Shown here: in pieces, positions 25,716 to 39,372 of the stretch
Layout of the letters: the number at the start of each line of letters is the position of its first letter
How positions within the stretch are numbered: position 1 is the stretch's first letter
From: Thalia democratica
Lineage: Eukaryota
Reading direction: 5' to 3'
Length of the DNA: 64,000 nt
NCBI GenBank assembly: GCA_965202585.1
Contig: OZ241829.1
Coordinates: 68,696,001 to 68,760,000, forward strand
Translations under genes and position numbers: made by a program
The notes under the pieces: model-generated
The model's database searches: none
What the model saw: the letters and a program-made list of their open reading frames with translations, nothing else
Told to the model about the DNA's origin: nothing

Positions 25716-26100
25716 CAGGGTTGCCGAAAAAGCTGAACTACTGAAAAAATATGAAATTTGACTATTTAGGCTAAAAAAACTGGTAAATCCTGAGTTTTTA
25801 TAAATTTTTAAAATGCCTTTAATTTTGACAAAAATCATTAAAAACCAAAAAAGATTTTTTTTACATGTATAGTAATAAAATTTAGAATAGACACAGAAAT
25901 CAACCATAATAATTTTTTTATTCAGCATAAAAAGTTTTTTTATTAAAACCACATTTGAAGTAGCTTTAGACAATTTTTAAAAACTTGAAACTAAATTTAA
26001 ATTAAAAATAGACTCAAAAAATATAACTTGTACCATTAAAAACCTTAATTACATTCATAAATGTTGAAGAAATTTCTGAAAACATTTGGGAACTATGGAA
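25716..26100. mobile_element. Diverged copy of the CAGGGTTGCCA MITE family
   Basis: Starts CAGGGTTGCCG; internal AAAATAGACTCAAAAA block shared with the 63.4-63.8-kb copy and, inverted, with 24589-24930. Confidence 0.5.
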
Positions 26101-27299
26101 CATGTTTTATACTAAGAATAACACAAAAATTGATAGTTTTGAAGTATCTGTTTGACTCTGGCCAGTATGATTTTTAATTTTTTAGGTTACTTTTGTTTAG
26201 ATTATATAAATACTATTAGTATAACTCTTAAAAGAGATTCAGCTGTTTAACTGTTAAGCGAGATTTATGTTCAATTTTCAATACTAAAACACTATATAAC
26301 CATTCTTTGAAAAAAACTAGATTGTTTTTGAAAAGTCTAAAAAATTTATTAAAGATGCTTTTAGGAAGTTTTAAAAACTCAGGACAACATAATTATCTAT
26401 AGTCTCTTAAGATAGTTTTTTGACCCTAAGAAAAACATCTCAATTTTTTAACATCTCAGGTCAACTTAAGCTCAGGGATGCTTTTTACTCAGGGTAATCC
26501 ATAAACTAAAAAAAAATTGAAAATCTCAGGATTACTTAGTATAAGTCAAGATATTTAAATATGTTTTTTAAAATCAGAATAGTTAATTTTCACAAAACTT
26601 TAAATTTTCTGAACGCCTCAAGCTATTTCTTTAGTTACATTTTTAAAATATTTATTAATTTTAGTATTAGTATATTGTTATTTTATTAACAACTTTATTG
26701 ATAAAACTTATTTTTATTGATTTAAAAATGCTTTTAATTTTTTATTCAAATTTTAAAAAATCATAATAACTTAAGATAGTTTAAGGTCACTCAAGACGAT
26801 TTTTTAATAAGATTTGTTTAAAATTTTATTTTGAAAAAAATTTCTTTTTTTGTTCTAATTCTGTTGTTATATAGTAAAATATTATAAAATAATACTTATA
26901 AAATAGTTTTTACTGAGTTTACTGTTTATACTTAATGACACGCCATCTACTTCTGAATTTCTACTAGAATTCTGGACGCCTGACAACTCAGTAGGACAAG
27001 AGGTTATCTCAGTTGAGATCTTCCCTTTCATTTTTTTTGAAGCAGGTCACTTGCTTAAATATAAGGTAAAGTATCATATAAACAAATTAAAAATTTCAAC
27101 TGTTATGAACTTTTAATTTTAGAATTAATGTGTTGTTTATCTTAAAACATACCTAAAATTTACTCAAAATAAGGTTTGTCGAGAAACTTAGATTAGATTA
27201 GTGTTAAACTTTTAAAAGCTCAGACCAACTTAAACTAGTTTGCATTTTACAAGACTTCAGCTTGAATTAAGCTAGTTTTTACTTTTGTAAAAATTAGGC

Positions 27300-27960
27300 T
27301 TGTTTTGATATATTTTTAAATCTCTGGCTTTACTTTTTTTAAATTTAAAATGCCTTTATTTGATATGTTTCATCAAATAATATGATACTATTTACATATT
27401 TTTAATTATTTGAGGTAAGATTTTTGTCAAATAGAAAATATTAAATGCATTTTCCATTTGTTTTTATTAAAATAAGAGTCACGTTATATGCAATATAATT
27501 TTACATTGACAAAATTTTTGGCAAATTGAAGCAAGCATAACAAATTTTGGTTAACATTTACATTTGAAGTTTTGTCCATGATTTTGATACTCATTTAGTT
27601 ATTACTTGCAATTATGGCAAACATGTAGTAGTAAATTTTGAAAACATCTACATTTACATCTTTTGTCTATGATAAAATAGTTTGTATATATTAGTTACAT
27701 TAGAAGCTTTTAGGAATAGTCAAGACATGGCTCAATTTAAACCTTAGGTAATCATTGTTTTCAATCAAGTTCAGAAATAAAATTTAAATAATTAGAAAGA
27801 GAGCCTATTACTAACGACCAGGTTGAAGAGTGGCATAGAAGATTCCAGACTTTGTAATCATGCAGTAATCTTATTTTTTACTTGTGTTTAAGCATTGAAA
27901 AGAGAACAGATAAACACTAATAACAAAGTCAACAGACTTCAAGCTGGCTTTTCGGTATAA
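27300..27960 (+). mobile_element. Decayed Mutator-like (MULE) transposase remnant
   Basis: 27804-27850 translates PITNDQVEEWHRRFQTL, matching the MULE motif RTNNxVEGWHRRF. Upstream fragments H*QNFWQIE and NFENIYI resemble FHLxQNFWRKI and YFEDTYI. Many stops. Confidence 0.6.
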
Positions 27961-28257
27961 AAAAATAAAAATAAGTATATTGTCTGTAATAACCAAAAAA
28001 GCAGTTAAGGACGGGAAAAGAACTTTGATTAAATTTTTACAAGTTATTTCTTGTAATTACAGTTAATTAAACATAAATAAATTACTTTTTTCTTTTGTTA
28101 TTTTGTTATTAGGGGTGCACGAATTTAATTTTTAAAATTACACTAGATATTCTGGCTAGTTTTCGAAACTTATACTAAATATTTCCGGGTTTCTTGATAA
28201 AGAGCAAAGTAAAAATATTTTAGGCATTTTATAAAGTTTTTTGAAATTTTAGCTAAG

Positions 28258-28575
28258 TAGTGGTCTTTTCTGTGAGCAGCCATGCCGACTAGTGTACACA
28301 TAGTTTATATTTTGCTCCGCGAGAACAGAGTTTTAAGATGCCTCGGAAAGGATGCACAAAACCTTCTTTGAAACTTACAGTAGATATTTTGGAGTTTAGA
28401 AAAAACAGTAAAAAAGAATGTCTCAAGCATACTTCCAAACTTACACTAGATATTAAGGGTAACTTTTAAAAATAGTCACTATACTTTTGTGAAGTTTTTA
28501 GCCTCGATTGCGCAGTTTTTTTTTTCTAATTTAATGTGCAAAGTTTTTAGTTACCGTGAAGACTAAAGACCACTG
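28258..28575. mobile_element. Small non-autonomous hAT-like element
   Basis: Inverted ends TAGTGGTCTT and AAGACCACTG with GC-rich subterminal motifs (CTCCGCGAG, CTCGATTGCGCAG); no clean TSD. Confidence 0.4.
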
Positions 28576-31500
28576 GTCTAGGAAATTGACGAACAATAGG
28601 AACTCAAAAGAAGCTCTTAACAAATTATCAACAACATGTAGAAAACTTTACCTACAATATTCTTTAAAAATACACACAGTTATAATCTACTAGTAATTTG
28701 TTGTACATTTTTGATAAACTCACATTAAGGTTATCAAATCTTTTATTATAGAATAAATCTCTATAAAAAACAGTTGACCTGAGATTTTTAATGCTAGTGT
28801 TGTTTGACATTTTGATGAGATGCTTCAATACTTAAAACTAAGAACTCTTTGATTTTGTTTTTACTATATTTTCAAATATTTGCACTGTAAGGGTTTTAGC
28901 AACTTTACAAGAATTTAAAGCAAACTCTTAAATTAAATAAAATGTAATTAAAAGATCTTAAATCTAAAGGTTTATTTGTTAAGAAATAAAAGCATTTTTG
29001 CGTATTAAAAATTGTGCATTAATTATTTCTTGTTCTACTTTAGACACTTATAAAAAGTTGTTAAACTGTTTTTGATTTTTCCAAATTATTCTGGCTACAT
29101 TTATTGTTTTTAGTATGTTCTTTTTAAATAATTAGCAATCGATTCTCCTTTTAATTATAAAAGTCTTTATTGAAGTACTCGATAGTTTTGAGACATCTTT
29201 TTAGTTTAAGTTAATTTACTGTGTATAAAATTGTTTTAGTTAGAGTTAATGTTCTAAAACAGATTTATATACAAAATTTGCATAAAAAATTTGCATTAGT
29301 GGATAAAAAAATTATAAAATTTTGTATAGACTATTCAAAAGTAATAAAAATTAACATAACATTTGATTTTAATTAGTAGCTAACAGTTTCCGAAAATTTT
29401 TGGTTAAAAATTATTAGAGTTATAAAAATTCTAAAAATAAGTTAATGTAAATTAATCATCGAAAATTAAATCGTGAGTAAAAACTTAAGAAAATCGTTCG
29501 CTACGTTTTATTAAACAAATATTAGTTTCAGTTATTTTCTTTTGTTGTAAAACGAGAAGAAAGTTTCAAGTGCGTTTTTTTTTTGTTAAACTGTCATAAC
29601 ATGGAAAATTAATATATAAAACAGGCTGTTGTACAGAGTTGTGGGTTAGTTAATGAAAAAAAAACATATAAAAGTGTTAGAAAGTGTAAAAGTTTAAAAC
29701 AAAATCAATTTCAAGAAAGTTGTCTTTCTTTCTTAGAAGCTTAAGGTTGAGTTTTTTAGTATTTTCTTATAAAAAACTTTATTTTATATTTACTGAAAAA
29801 ATTTTTGGTAAACTATTTTTAATATGGTTTTTAAAACTAAATAAAGTAAAAAAGTTTAGTTAATTCTCTAATAAGAAATAATAAGTAAACTTCACAGAAA
29901 ATGATAAAACATAAAAAAATTTGTTTTATTCGATTTTTAGAACAATTTTATCGGCTAAAAATACTTTTACTTTGTATTAACTAAATACTCAAGTAATTTT
30001 TTTCTAGCTTCAGTAAAGTAAATTGGATCACATTTAACAATTATTTATTTAATTTTCAGATGTAACTCTGTTCTATTCAGAATGTTCAATTCTCTAATAA
30101 CTCAATATTTACCACGAAATCGAGCTTAGTACCTATTTGTTTTGCGACTGATGATATTTTAGGTTAATTAATATACTCAATCATTTTTTTTACTGCTTTT
30201 AAATACATAATATATTGCTTAGTCCTAAAAATATGTATAAAATGATATAGTAGAACCTATAAGAATTTTAAAATAAGAAAAACTTTGCTAAGTGATACTT
30301 AAAAAGATACGGAATACATTATCTGTTATGTTTTGTGTTTTTTTTTGGAAAAAAAAGTACTCTGATTAAAAGAAACTTGTTTTGTAATACTTAGTCACAC
30401 TTTTATTTTAAACTTCGAACCAGAAGTTTTGCATAATGTTAAAATATTTATCAATAATTCCTACTTTTCAAAAACTTATTGTTTATGTATCAGAACTGAT
30501 GATAAAACACAATTGTGTTAAAAAGTTAAACTTTAAATGAATTTCAATATATGTTAAGAAAACTATCAAGAAATAATTAAACAATTTTAACATATAACTA
30601 TTTACAAAACAATTTTAATAGTATGAAAAAGATAATCAGTGATTCAACAACTTTGTTTAGTAGTTAACAACATGTATATTGTTTATTAAACGAAAAAAAA
30701 AGCGCTCAAGTATTTGGTCCAAGGACCTGGTGTACGAAAACATCTTACGATTATCGAGCCGTACATCAGGATACAGTTTAAAGTCATGTCCAGGACAAGT
30801 ATAAGTAATAAGCAATATTTCTTTATACTTAAATAGATTCTGAAGATAGCTTAATCGCCAAACACTAAACTTAAAAAGTTTGTAATAAAGTTTTTGTGTT
30901 TACTTTAAACATAGAGTACATTTTAGTTATACACAACTATAACTTGAATTAAGTAGCATAATGTTTCATATCACAGCAAACTTAAACATATTTATAAACT
31001 TTGTGTTGATTAAAATTACTTCATTTATAAACGTTACAAATTTTTAACAGTATACCAGTCGTTTTTACAAAATAGACTATGCTAATGTTGATAGTGCTAA
31101 AAAGAAAAAAAAAGTAATTTTTATTTAATTTTCTTAAAAGTTATACTCTTACTAAGCTGAATATTCAAGTTTTCCAGTATAAACTTAATTTGGCACAAAA
31201 ACAAACCATAAAACCAAACCTTAACTGTTTTATTATTAGTTATAACAAATGAGTGAAAAATTAACTCCAAGGCCGGATCCGTCCCGTCAAAAAAATTATT
31301 GCGACCCGCAACTATAAAACACATAAAATAGAAACAAGTACTTTAAAAAGTGCAACTACGGTTTCAGACTGATTCTAAATAGTATTTTTATGCTAATTCT
31401 TAACTTAATCGTTATAGTATTGCAGTTGGACAAATATTATAAAAAGTTTTTTATTTAGATTACGAATGTTAATATGCTTGATAAATTGTATGTCTAGTAA

Positions 31501-33329
31501 TATTTTTGAACAAAAGACAGCAACAATTAAATCTCTTACTAAAATTTTCCCGTACCTCAAATATAAAGTCAATGGACAAAACTTTATTGTCATTGTAAAC
31601 ATTTATCTTAAAATATGAAATATTCATACTACTAGCGACAGATTTTATTGCTGACAGTTAAAAGTCCGACTTTAAAGGTCCTTATAAAAACCAGTAAAGT
31701 AAATTTTATTACCTATATCAATAGAACATTTATGAAGAAAGTTTACAATGTAAAAGTTGTAGGTACTTAACTTTAACACTTGAACAAGTTTTAAATCATT
31801 TTTAAAACAATGACTCGCTAATAAATTTTACGTAAATATGAAAAGTTGTGATACTTTAAGAATTTAATTTATATAACTTCAAGCACAACTTAAACTGATT
31901 ATATTTTACAAAGTCAGTTTGTTTGTTAAACCAACAATTAAAAGTTTTAAGATAAAGTTGTAGCAGTCTTTTTATTTAATTTTCATTGCAGTTCATTATG
32001 TTAAAAACATTATTTTTTTAAGTTAAAATTCATTAAGTATATATGTGTAAATCATTGAATTTTTTTTTGTAATACAAACGTTTATTTTGTAAATTGAAGT
32101 CAGCTTAGCTAAATAGTTAATTTTTACTGAAATTTTAATATTCTTCATAGAAAATAATATTTAAAAGTTGTCACTTTTATAAAGATCAACAAAAGTATCT
32201 AAAAGATTAACAATGAATTCGACTTTTTTAATGTATGTGTAATTTAGATCTTAGTAAATATTTCTACGTTTGATACTTAAAAACTAACAACAATTAATAC
32301 TAAGACCTGTGTTTTAAGTATACTTTTATTAAGAAAACCAAATTGTTTTTTTTTTATGTACCTAATGAAATCTAATATTGAGTTTTTGACTTAGAAGACT
32401 AAAATAGAAATTTTGTTTAAAACTGCTTATTAGTGACAAAAAAAGGTTTTAGAAACTTGAGTTAACTACTCAGGCAAATTTTTAGGTAGTTTTTCGAAAA
32501 CGATGATTTGCGCATAAACTTAACTCAATGAAAAACGTTTTTTATTCTCTTCGAATTTCAAAACATATAATTTTTTATAAAACAAATATACTAAAATATA
32601 ACAATTTAACTGATAATTCCTTTACTTTTTTTAGTAGTGTGTTAATCTGTATAACTAATAAGCGATGTTATCTGATAGATTCATTTGTTTAACTAATTAA
32701 GACTAAGTAAAACTTGTCAACTAAACTTGTTTTTAAATCGATCGAAAAATTAACCAGTGTAGTACAGTTTGAGTTAAAGTTTACAATTTTCATCGTTTTT
32801 TTAGATTTAATTTGTTATTTTCGACTAGTCTTAACTCTATACTCGTGAAATTTTCTTTCCAGTATTATTAATGTATGTAGAATTAATTTTGGTATTGCAA
32901 TTTTTGATAGTCAAAAGTAAGAAAAAGTTTATTTAAAATTGTCTAGTGTAACTACAATAAAAAACCTTCAAAGACAAAAATATATTTTTATAATTTCCAA
33001 ACCAGTTTTTGCAAACGGATAAATATAACTTTTATCTTAATTTGTTTCATTTCGAAGTTTTCATCATAGCTAAACTTTAAGTCAATATATTTTTGTGAAG
33101 ATCAATAATAATACTAAAAGTTAAGAAACTTTAAAGTTTTTTGGATCTTAGTAAACATTGTTACATTTCGAACATTAAATAATTAATTGATGATTACTAA
33201 TAACAAGTTTTTGATCTTATTTTTGTCTAGAAATATTGATTTAACTTTGTTTTAAGTGTTGTTATTTCTTAAGCTAAAAATACAAAAAAATTCTTGAACA
33301 GAAGTAGAGTTCAATGGTTATTTAGACTA

Positions 33330-35199
33330 GTTGTGCGGAAGAATTGAGAAGGCGGGAATACCTAGGTGGATAAACTTGAAGGTATCAGAAGCGCCTTATA
33401 GTTGTAGCAGACACTTTACTTTAAGTAAGTATTTATATTGATATTTGACTAATAGTTAAAAATACTATTATATATAATAAATTTAAATGATTATGTGTAT
33501 ACACTTTTTTAACATTCTTTTTAGTGTTTGGAGTGCAATCATATTTAGCTTTGGAATTTTAAATTGGTAGAATTATTTTAGATAAAATTAAACAGAACTT
33601 GATAAACTAGCATTTTTATTGTGCATTCGATTTTATCTTAACAAATACTTTTTACAATCAAAATTATATATTATAGGTGGCGAACATCCATGTGTAATCA
33701 GAAGTGATTACAATGAGATTCAAATTTGAGATTAATAAACTAATTGAAAGAAAAACTAAAAAATTTCAAATTTGTTATTCACACCCATCGCAACATTACT
33801 AGAGATATTAATTTCATTGAGAAATTTTTATCACAAATACATTGGTTGGAATTGGGCGCTTTCGGTTTAAATTCAAAAGATTTAAAGATGATTGCTGCAG
33901 TTTTGACAAAATCAATTATCAAAGTTTGTTTGCATATTTTGTTTAATGATTATCTTAATTTTAAACTATATTGTTTGTTTAAATATCTTTGTTTACGTTA
34001 TATTGGTTTGAAAGTATTTACTAAGTATGATTAAAACTTTGCTTGATAAAAGTCAGACTTTTTAAATGCTAGCATTAAAAATAGTAATAAGTAGTAAAAC
34101 ATATGAAATTTGTTTACATTAACTTATCTTTATTAAATGTAAATTGTTTTTAACTAATTTTTTCATCGCAAAAAAAAAAACTAGTGTATGTTATAAAGAA
34201 ACTGTTAAGTGAATTTTTGGGTTTAATTAAACTCAAAATATATGAAAAAGTTATTAACAAACAAACAGGTTAACGAGTTGAGAATCTTTCTTGTAAAAAA
34301 ATACGATAAAGATTTATTTACAAATTTGTTCGATATAACTAACAAAATTGATCTTGAAAAAATATTTATTAAATTGCATTATGATTTGCCTAGTAAGAAA
34401 GAAGTAAAAAATATCTGTGCGAAAATTGAGAGCAAGATAAAAACGTTCAAAACTGAAAACATGCTTTATAACAATGTTAGTTTGTTATTTAAGCACTTTA
34501 AACAAAGTGATCAGCTTATGTAACAAATTTATTGGTGATACTAATCATTATACTGGTAAATTATCAAAAACAGATTATGGTTGATGTACAAAATTCTATT
34601 ATATCAGGTAATAAAACATTACTCGCAGCAAAATTACGTAAAGGAAAATCGCCAATATTTCTTAACCGGTTCGTTTATGTTACTTTGTTATGTATAAAAA
34701 CGATTTTGTCAAATATTGTTATTTAGTTTTATTAATACATTAATTAAACATGTATTTAAGTATTTTAAAGAAGACAATCCATCTAACATTAACAATTATT
34801 TTAATATTTTGACTTTAAGAAGTTAAAAAAAGAGTTTAAACAAACTTAATTCAAATTTAAAATAACACCGAAGTAAAGTTTTCTTGAAAACAAGTTGTTT
34901 TTAACAAACAGAAGAAAGAACGATTGCTAAAGATATGTGAATACCATAAAACTTTATTTCTTAAAAACAGACTACAACTTTTCAACATGTATTAGTCTAC
35001 TCTGATAAACTTTAAAAAATTTTGACCTTGCATATTGTCTTAAGATACAGAAAAAAACATATTTTTTTAAATATTACAACAATTTGTTTTCAGGTACTTT
35101 GAAAGTTCGGACTCAGACTCGAATGCAGGGGCGTGTTTTGACTGTTTTCCTGTTTCCTGTGAACCCCCTGAAAAAAAAATAAAAGAACAAAGAAAATAA
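33330..35199 (+). pseudogene. Spliced pseudogene (or mis-assembled gene) encoding an LRR-like/helical-repeat protein
   Basis: Phase-compatible GT-AG junctions join ...LSQIHWLELGAFGLNSKDLKMIAAVLTKSIIK (donor after 33923) to VNELRIFLVKKYDKDLF... (34269-34607) to YFESSDSDSNAGACFDCFPVSCEPPEKKIKEQRK* (35094-35199). Lesions: +1 frameshift at 34521, TGA at 34582, and stops at 33705, 33714 and 33741. Upstream candidate exons are 33330-33424 and 33525-33566. Confidence 0.5.
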
Positions 35200-38100
35200 T
35201 ATTTTTAGAATATCACTAGAAACGTTGTTTATTGACTTTTGTTGGTTATTTGATAAACTTTAAATGATAAATATTGAATTTATAACTCTGAAAGATTATA
35301 AGTTTCCGTAACAAAAACTGCTCGTTTTTGCCTAGCTGAAAAAGATTTCCAATTAAATTTTAATTTTGACGTGATAATACGTAAAAGTTTTAAAGCAGAA
35401 TTTTTTTTCTGGGAAATTTTACTAAGATAATCTTAGTTTCTATTATAAATTGTTACTTAGTGAAATAGTTTTTTATTAAGTATTGTTTTTCAACTAGTAA
35501 GTATACTTTTATTTTAAAAATATCTAATAAAATCACTTAAATTTTATTTTACTTAGTTGATTGTATATAGTAATGCTGTGTGAAGCTTTTAAACCTTAAA
35601 AAGTAAAATTGAGAGTTTTTAAAAACATCTTTAGACAACTACACAACTTGGCAATTTATTCTTTTATCAATTAATAGTATTTTAATTTTTTATTTAAGTT
35701 GTTTTATTGTTGTATATCCGTTGGCCACAAAATTGATTCTTGATTTTTTAAAATGTTCAACTCAGAGAGATTTTAAAACCTTCATTAGAGTCCCTGCACC
35801 ATCAGGCAAACATTTAATTATAATTTAAAGACTATTTGATTTAATTGTACAAGTCTAAACATTTTTTTTAGTGAAATTTTAATTTCAATAGGTTAAATTA
35901 CTTGATAAAAATATTTTTATTTTAAATATATATATAAATGTATAAAATTTAAAAGAAATATTTGTAAGAACTTCATCTATACTAACATTTAAATCAAAAT
36001 TTGTAAGTTTATAACTTTTTTCTGGTTCTTTTAGTTTTAATTTATCTAACTTTTATACAGTATAATAAATAAAAAAAATATAATATTATTCTATTACTTC
36101 TTATATGCTTTTTATTTATTTTTAAGCAGAAGAAAGCAATTTAAACACTGAGTTTTTTGGCTAAGTATTGCGTACTTAAGAAATGTGTACTTCAGCAGGA
36201 AATTATGAACAAAAAAAAAGTCTTGACACACTGTTCTAATGTAAATACAAGAACAGTTGTCAGTAACAGTTGTCAATTGAAAAAAGTTAACAATTGAAGA
36301 AAATAGTCATCAAACAAATAACTGCGTTAATTTTTGTAATTGTGTTATTCAATAAAAAACAACACGTAGTTTTATTATATTAAAAATTATAATGGTATAT
36401 TTATCAAAGTTTAGCAATTTCAAGGTTATTTTATACATACTTAATACTTTTTGAACATTATTAAGACTTTTCCATTTAAAGTTTTTTTTAACTATTAGTA
36501 ACTTCATTTTCATTATTTACCTTACATAAAAACTTTTCACAAAACAACTTTACTATTAACTTTCTATAAATTTTTGTATAGCTGTTTATACTCAAAATAC
36601 ATTAAATTAAAAATGTTTACTTTATTTAGCAATTTTTTCCACGGTCTTCCTTGATAACTGTGTTATTTTTTTTTGTCTTCTATTTCCATAATGAATACTT
36701 TCTTATATAAAATTGTTTAGTAATTTTTAGTATTTTAAATTTATTAATTTGTTTGTCTGCTTATTAGCAGCAAAGTTTAATAAGCAATGATAAGCAATTT
36801 AGAATGAAATTTTCTACATTTAGCTAAGCTAAAGCTTATAATTTGTTTTTTTGTTGTAATTGTTTTTCAATTATTTTTATATTCAATCCAAGGTATTATT
36901 ACGCTTAAGTTATAAAAAGGCTTTATTTAAAGATTTTACAAATAATTATTTGAAATAATTCTTTTTTTTCTTTTTTTTTGTTTTACATACTTCCTCAAGA
37001 AAACAGTTTCACGTTTAATAGTTGTTTTTTCCCTTAGTCTATCAAAAAATTGCATGATTTAAACATTAATTTTAGTAGACATCATTGAAATTCTTATTTC
37101 TAAAGGTTCAACGTTTGACTAATAGATGTCATGTACTTTGATATTGTATTTAGATACTTTTTTATACACCGTGTCTTGCTTTAATGTCTTGCTGTTTTAT
37201 GCAATTAAAGTACTTATTATTCAAAAATAATTTGATTTTTGTCTTATTTTTTGAAAATACCTTAAAAGTGTTATTTTATGAGTATTATAAAAGAATTATA
37301 AATATTATAACGATATTTGTGAGAGAAGAGTTGAAGAATTTTAACACTATTATGTACAAATACATCCAATTAATTTAAATCACAAAAGATCTAACGTCAT
37401 AAAACCTTGTTACCTTATAAAATTTTATTACTTCGTAAAACCTAGTTACAACATATAAACTCGTTACGTCATGTAGCCTCGTTACTTCAAAGTTATAACT
37501 GTATAATGTAATGCAGATCGGTATGTTGAAAGTGGTAATAGATTCTTAAAATTAAAAAAAAAAACGTTTCGATAAGTTGAAATTTAGAGCACTTGTTCTT
37601 AAAGTGTGCATATGTAAAAATAAATAACTTTTTGGTGTGAATATAAGCTGTGATTGAGTAACAAAAACTTATCCAAACTTGTTATGCTTTATTGTAAACA
37701 ATTACTAAAACTCGTTTATTGTCGCACAGCAAAGTTATTATTTATTATTTATTTATTTTAATTAACTATGAAAAGTAAAAAAAAAAACAAATAAAAATAG
37801 GGATAAACTAAATTTAAAACTTTATCGCTAGTTTTGTAGAGAAGTTTTTATAAAATACTAAGTAGAGCAGTATCTAGAATAATCGCATTAATTTCTCAAT
37901 TAACAAAGTACACCTTTATTAAAAAATACTTTAAGTAAGTATGTTTGAAAACAAAAATTTTATTGACATGTTTTGTTAATTAAAAATAACACAATAGGTG
38001 CCTAACATTGGGCCCACCTTCGAGACTTTACAAAATTATTTATTTGATGATTTTGTTGTAGAAAAATAAAAAATATGATGTTTAAGAGGCAAGACACATC

Positions 38101-39372
38101 GTTTGAATACTTTTTTGTAATTTACTCTAAACTCTTTTGTTGATATCTATAAAAAATAAAAACATAAACCTTAACTTAAACTTAAAGTCAATAAAATATT
38201 TGTTAGTAACAAAAAATATATAAGAAAAAAACATCTAGCTGCCTTGAACAACTCAGTATAGTCTGTACTCACCCAAACTAGCTTTTTTGCCTTAAGGCAA
38301 CCTCTGTAATTTTATCAAATTTAAATTAACATACTTCAATTATTAATTTTAGGAATAAAATAAATTTTACATTTTTAAGTATTTAAAACACAAAATCAAC
38401 ACTCAATATAGAAATTTATTTTTAATATGAGACTTAAAAAGTATTTTTAATGATGCATTTCTGTAATAAATATTGTTAAAGCTCAAATCTGTATTTAAAG
38501 GAAGGTAAGATTAATGATTACTGTGAACAAAAAAAAATAAACAACTTTTTATAAATCGTTTTTATAATATAGTAACATTATTTAACTTAAAATAATTTAA
38601 AATTTAATTTACTCACTTAATGTATGACTTAAATTTTTTTATATAACAATCAAACGATTTTTTTGAATTTTTTTACTTTAAAACTAATGTTACATAAAAA
38701 TTCAAGAATAAGTAAGGTTAAATATTAATAGAGTGCTGCCACACCTGAAATAGTTTTTAAAATGATCATGTTTACTTAACTTTGTTTGAAATTCACTTGC
38801 AAAACTCATTCTTGAAAGGTATGCCAAGTTAGTTTTTATGACTTAAATTATTATTTTTTTTTTACTAAATGTATAGTAATTTGGCTTCACTATTATAATT
38901 TTAGTTGTAAGTAAATTTTTTAACTATACAATTTTTTTATTTTTATTTTTTTATTAAAATTAATAATTTCAGTATGACAAAGAATTCTACTTAGGCTCTA
39001 AGGAAGAAATTTTTGCATTACAGTGTGTTACGCATTAATATTGTATTAAACACAATATAATGTTTTAAACTACTTGTAAATATTTTTTTCAGTATAAAAT
39101 GTAAACTTTTTTTACATTAATAGATAGAAAATTGTCATTTAAATTAGTTTAAAGTAACCTAAAAGTTAAACACTATATTTGTATTCAGAGCTAACTAAAA
39201 AGGATATTTTATTACTTTTTCTTTGCTTTAAGGTGGACTCTTAATTTTAGTAAATAACTTTGAAATAATTTAAAATTATAAATTTTTAAAATTGGTTTAG
39301 TAAGATTAAAAGCAGGTAAAACCATGTAGTTTATTACCAAACAGCTATGCCACACATTAAGAGTAACTACAA

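Noticed and set aside
26930-27070. GC-richer island with short open frames on both strands
   Set aside because: No recognisable motif or partner exon; may belong to the adjacent MULE remnant.
26436-28830. ATCTCAGGTCAACT / AGTTGACCTGAGAT inverted pair as MULE TIRs
   Set aside because: Only about 14 bp match, the similarity does not extend outward, and no 9-bp TSD was seen.
33340-33424. SCSRHFT read as a THAP zinc finger
   Set aside because: The N-terminal C-x-C, FP and properly spaced W are missing.
33677-34607. Possible UGA=Trp or other alternative nuclear genetic code
   Set aside because: The intact PAP, CAF1 and PLE frames use TGG for Trp and contain no in-frame TGA, TAA or TAG. The region with TGA also has a TAA and a frameshift.
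34532-34726. IISGNKTLLAAKL read as a NACHT P-loop
   Set aside because: It lacks the GxxxxGK pattern, and a splice donor at 34608 in another frame explains the region better.
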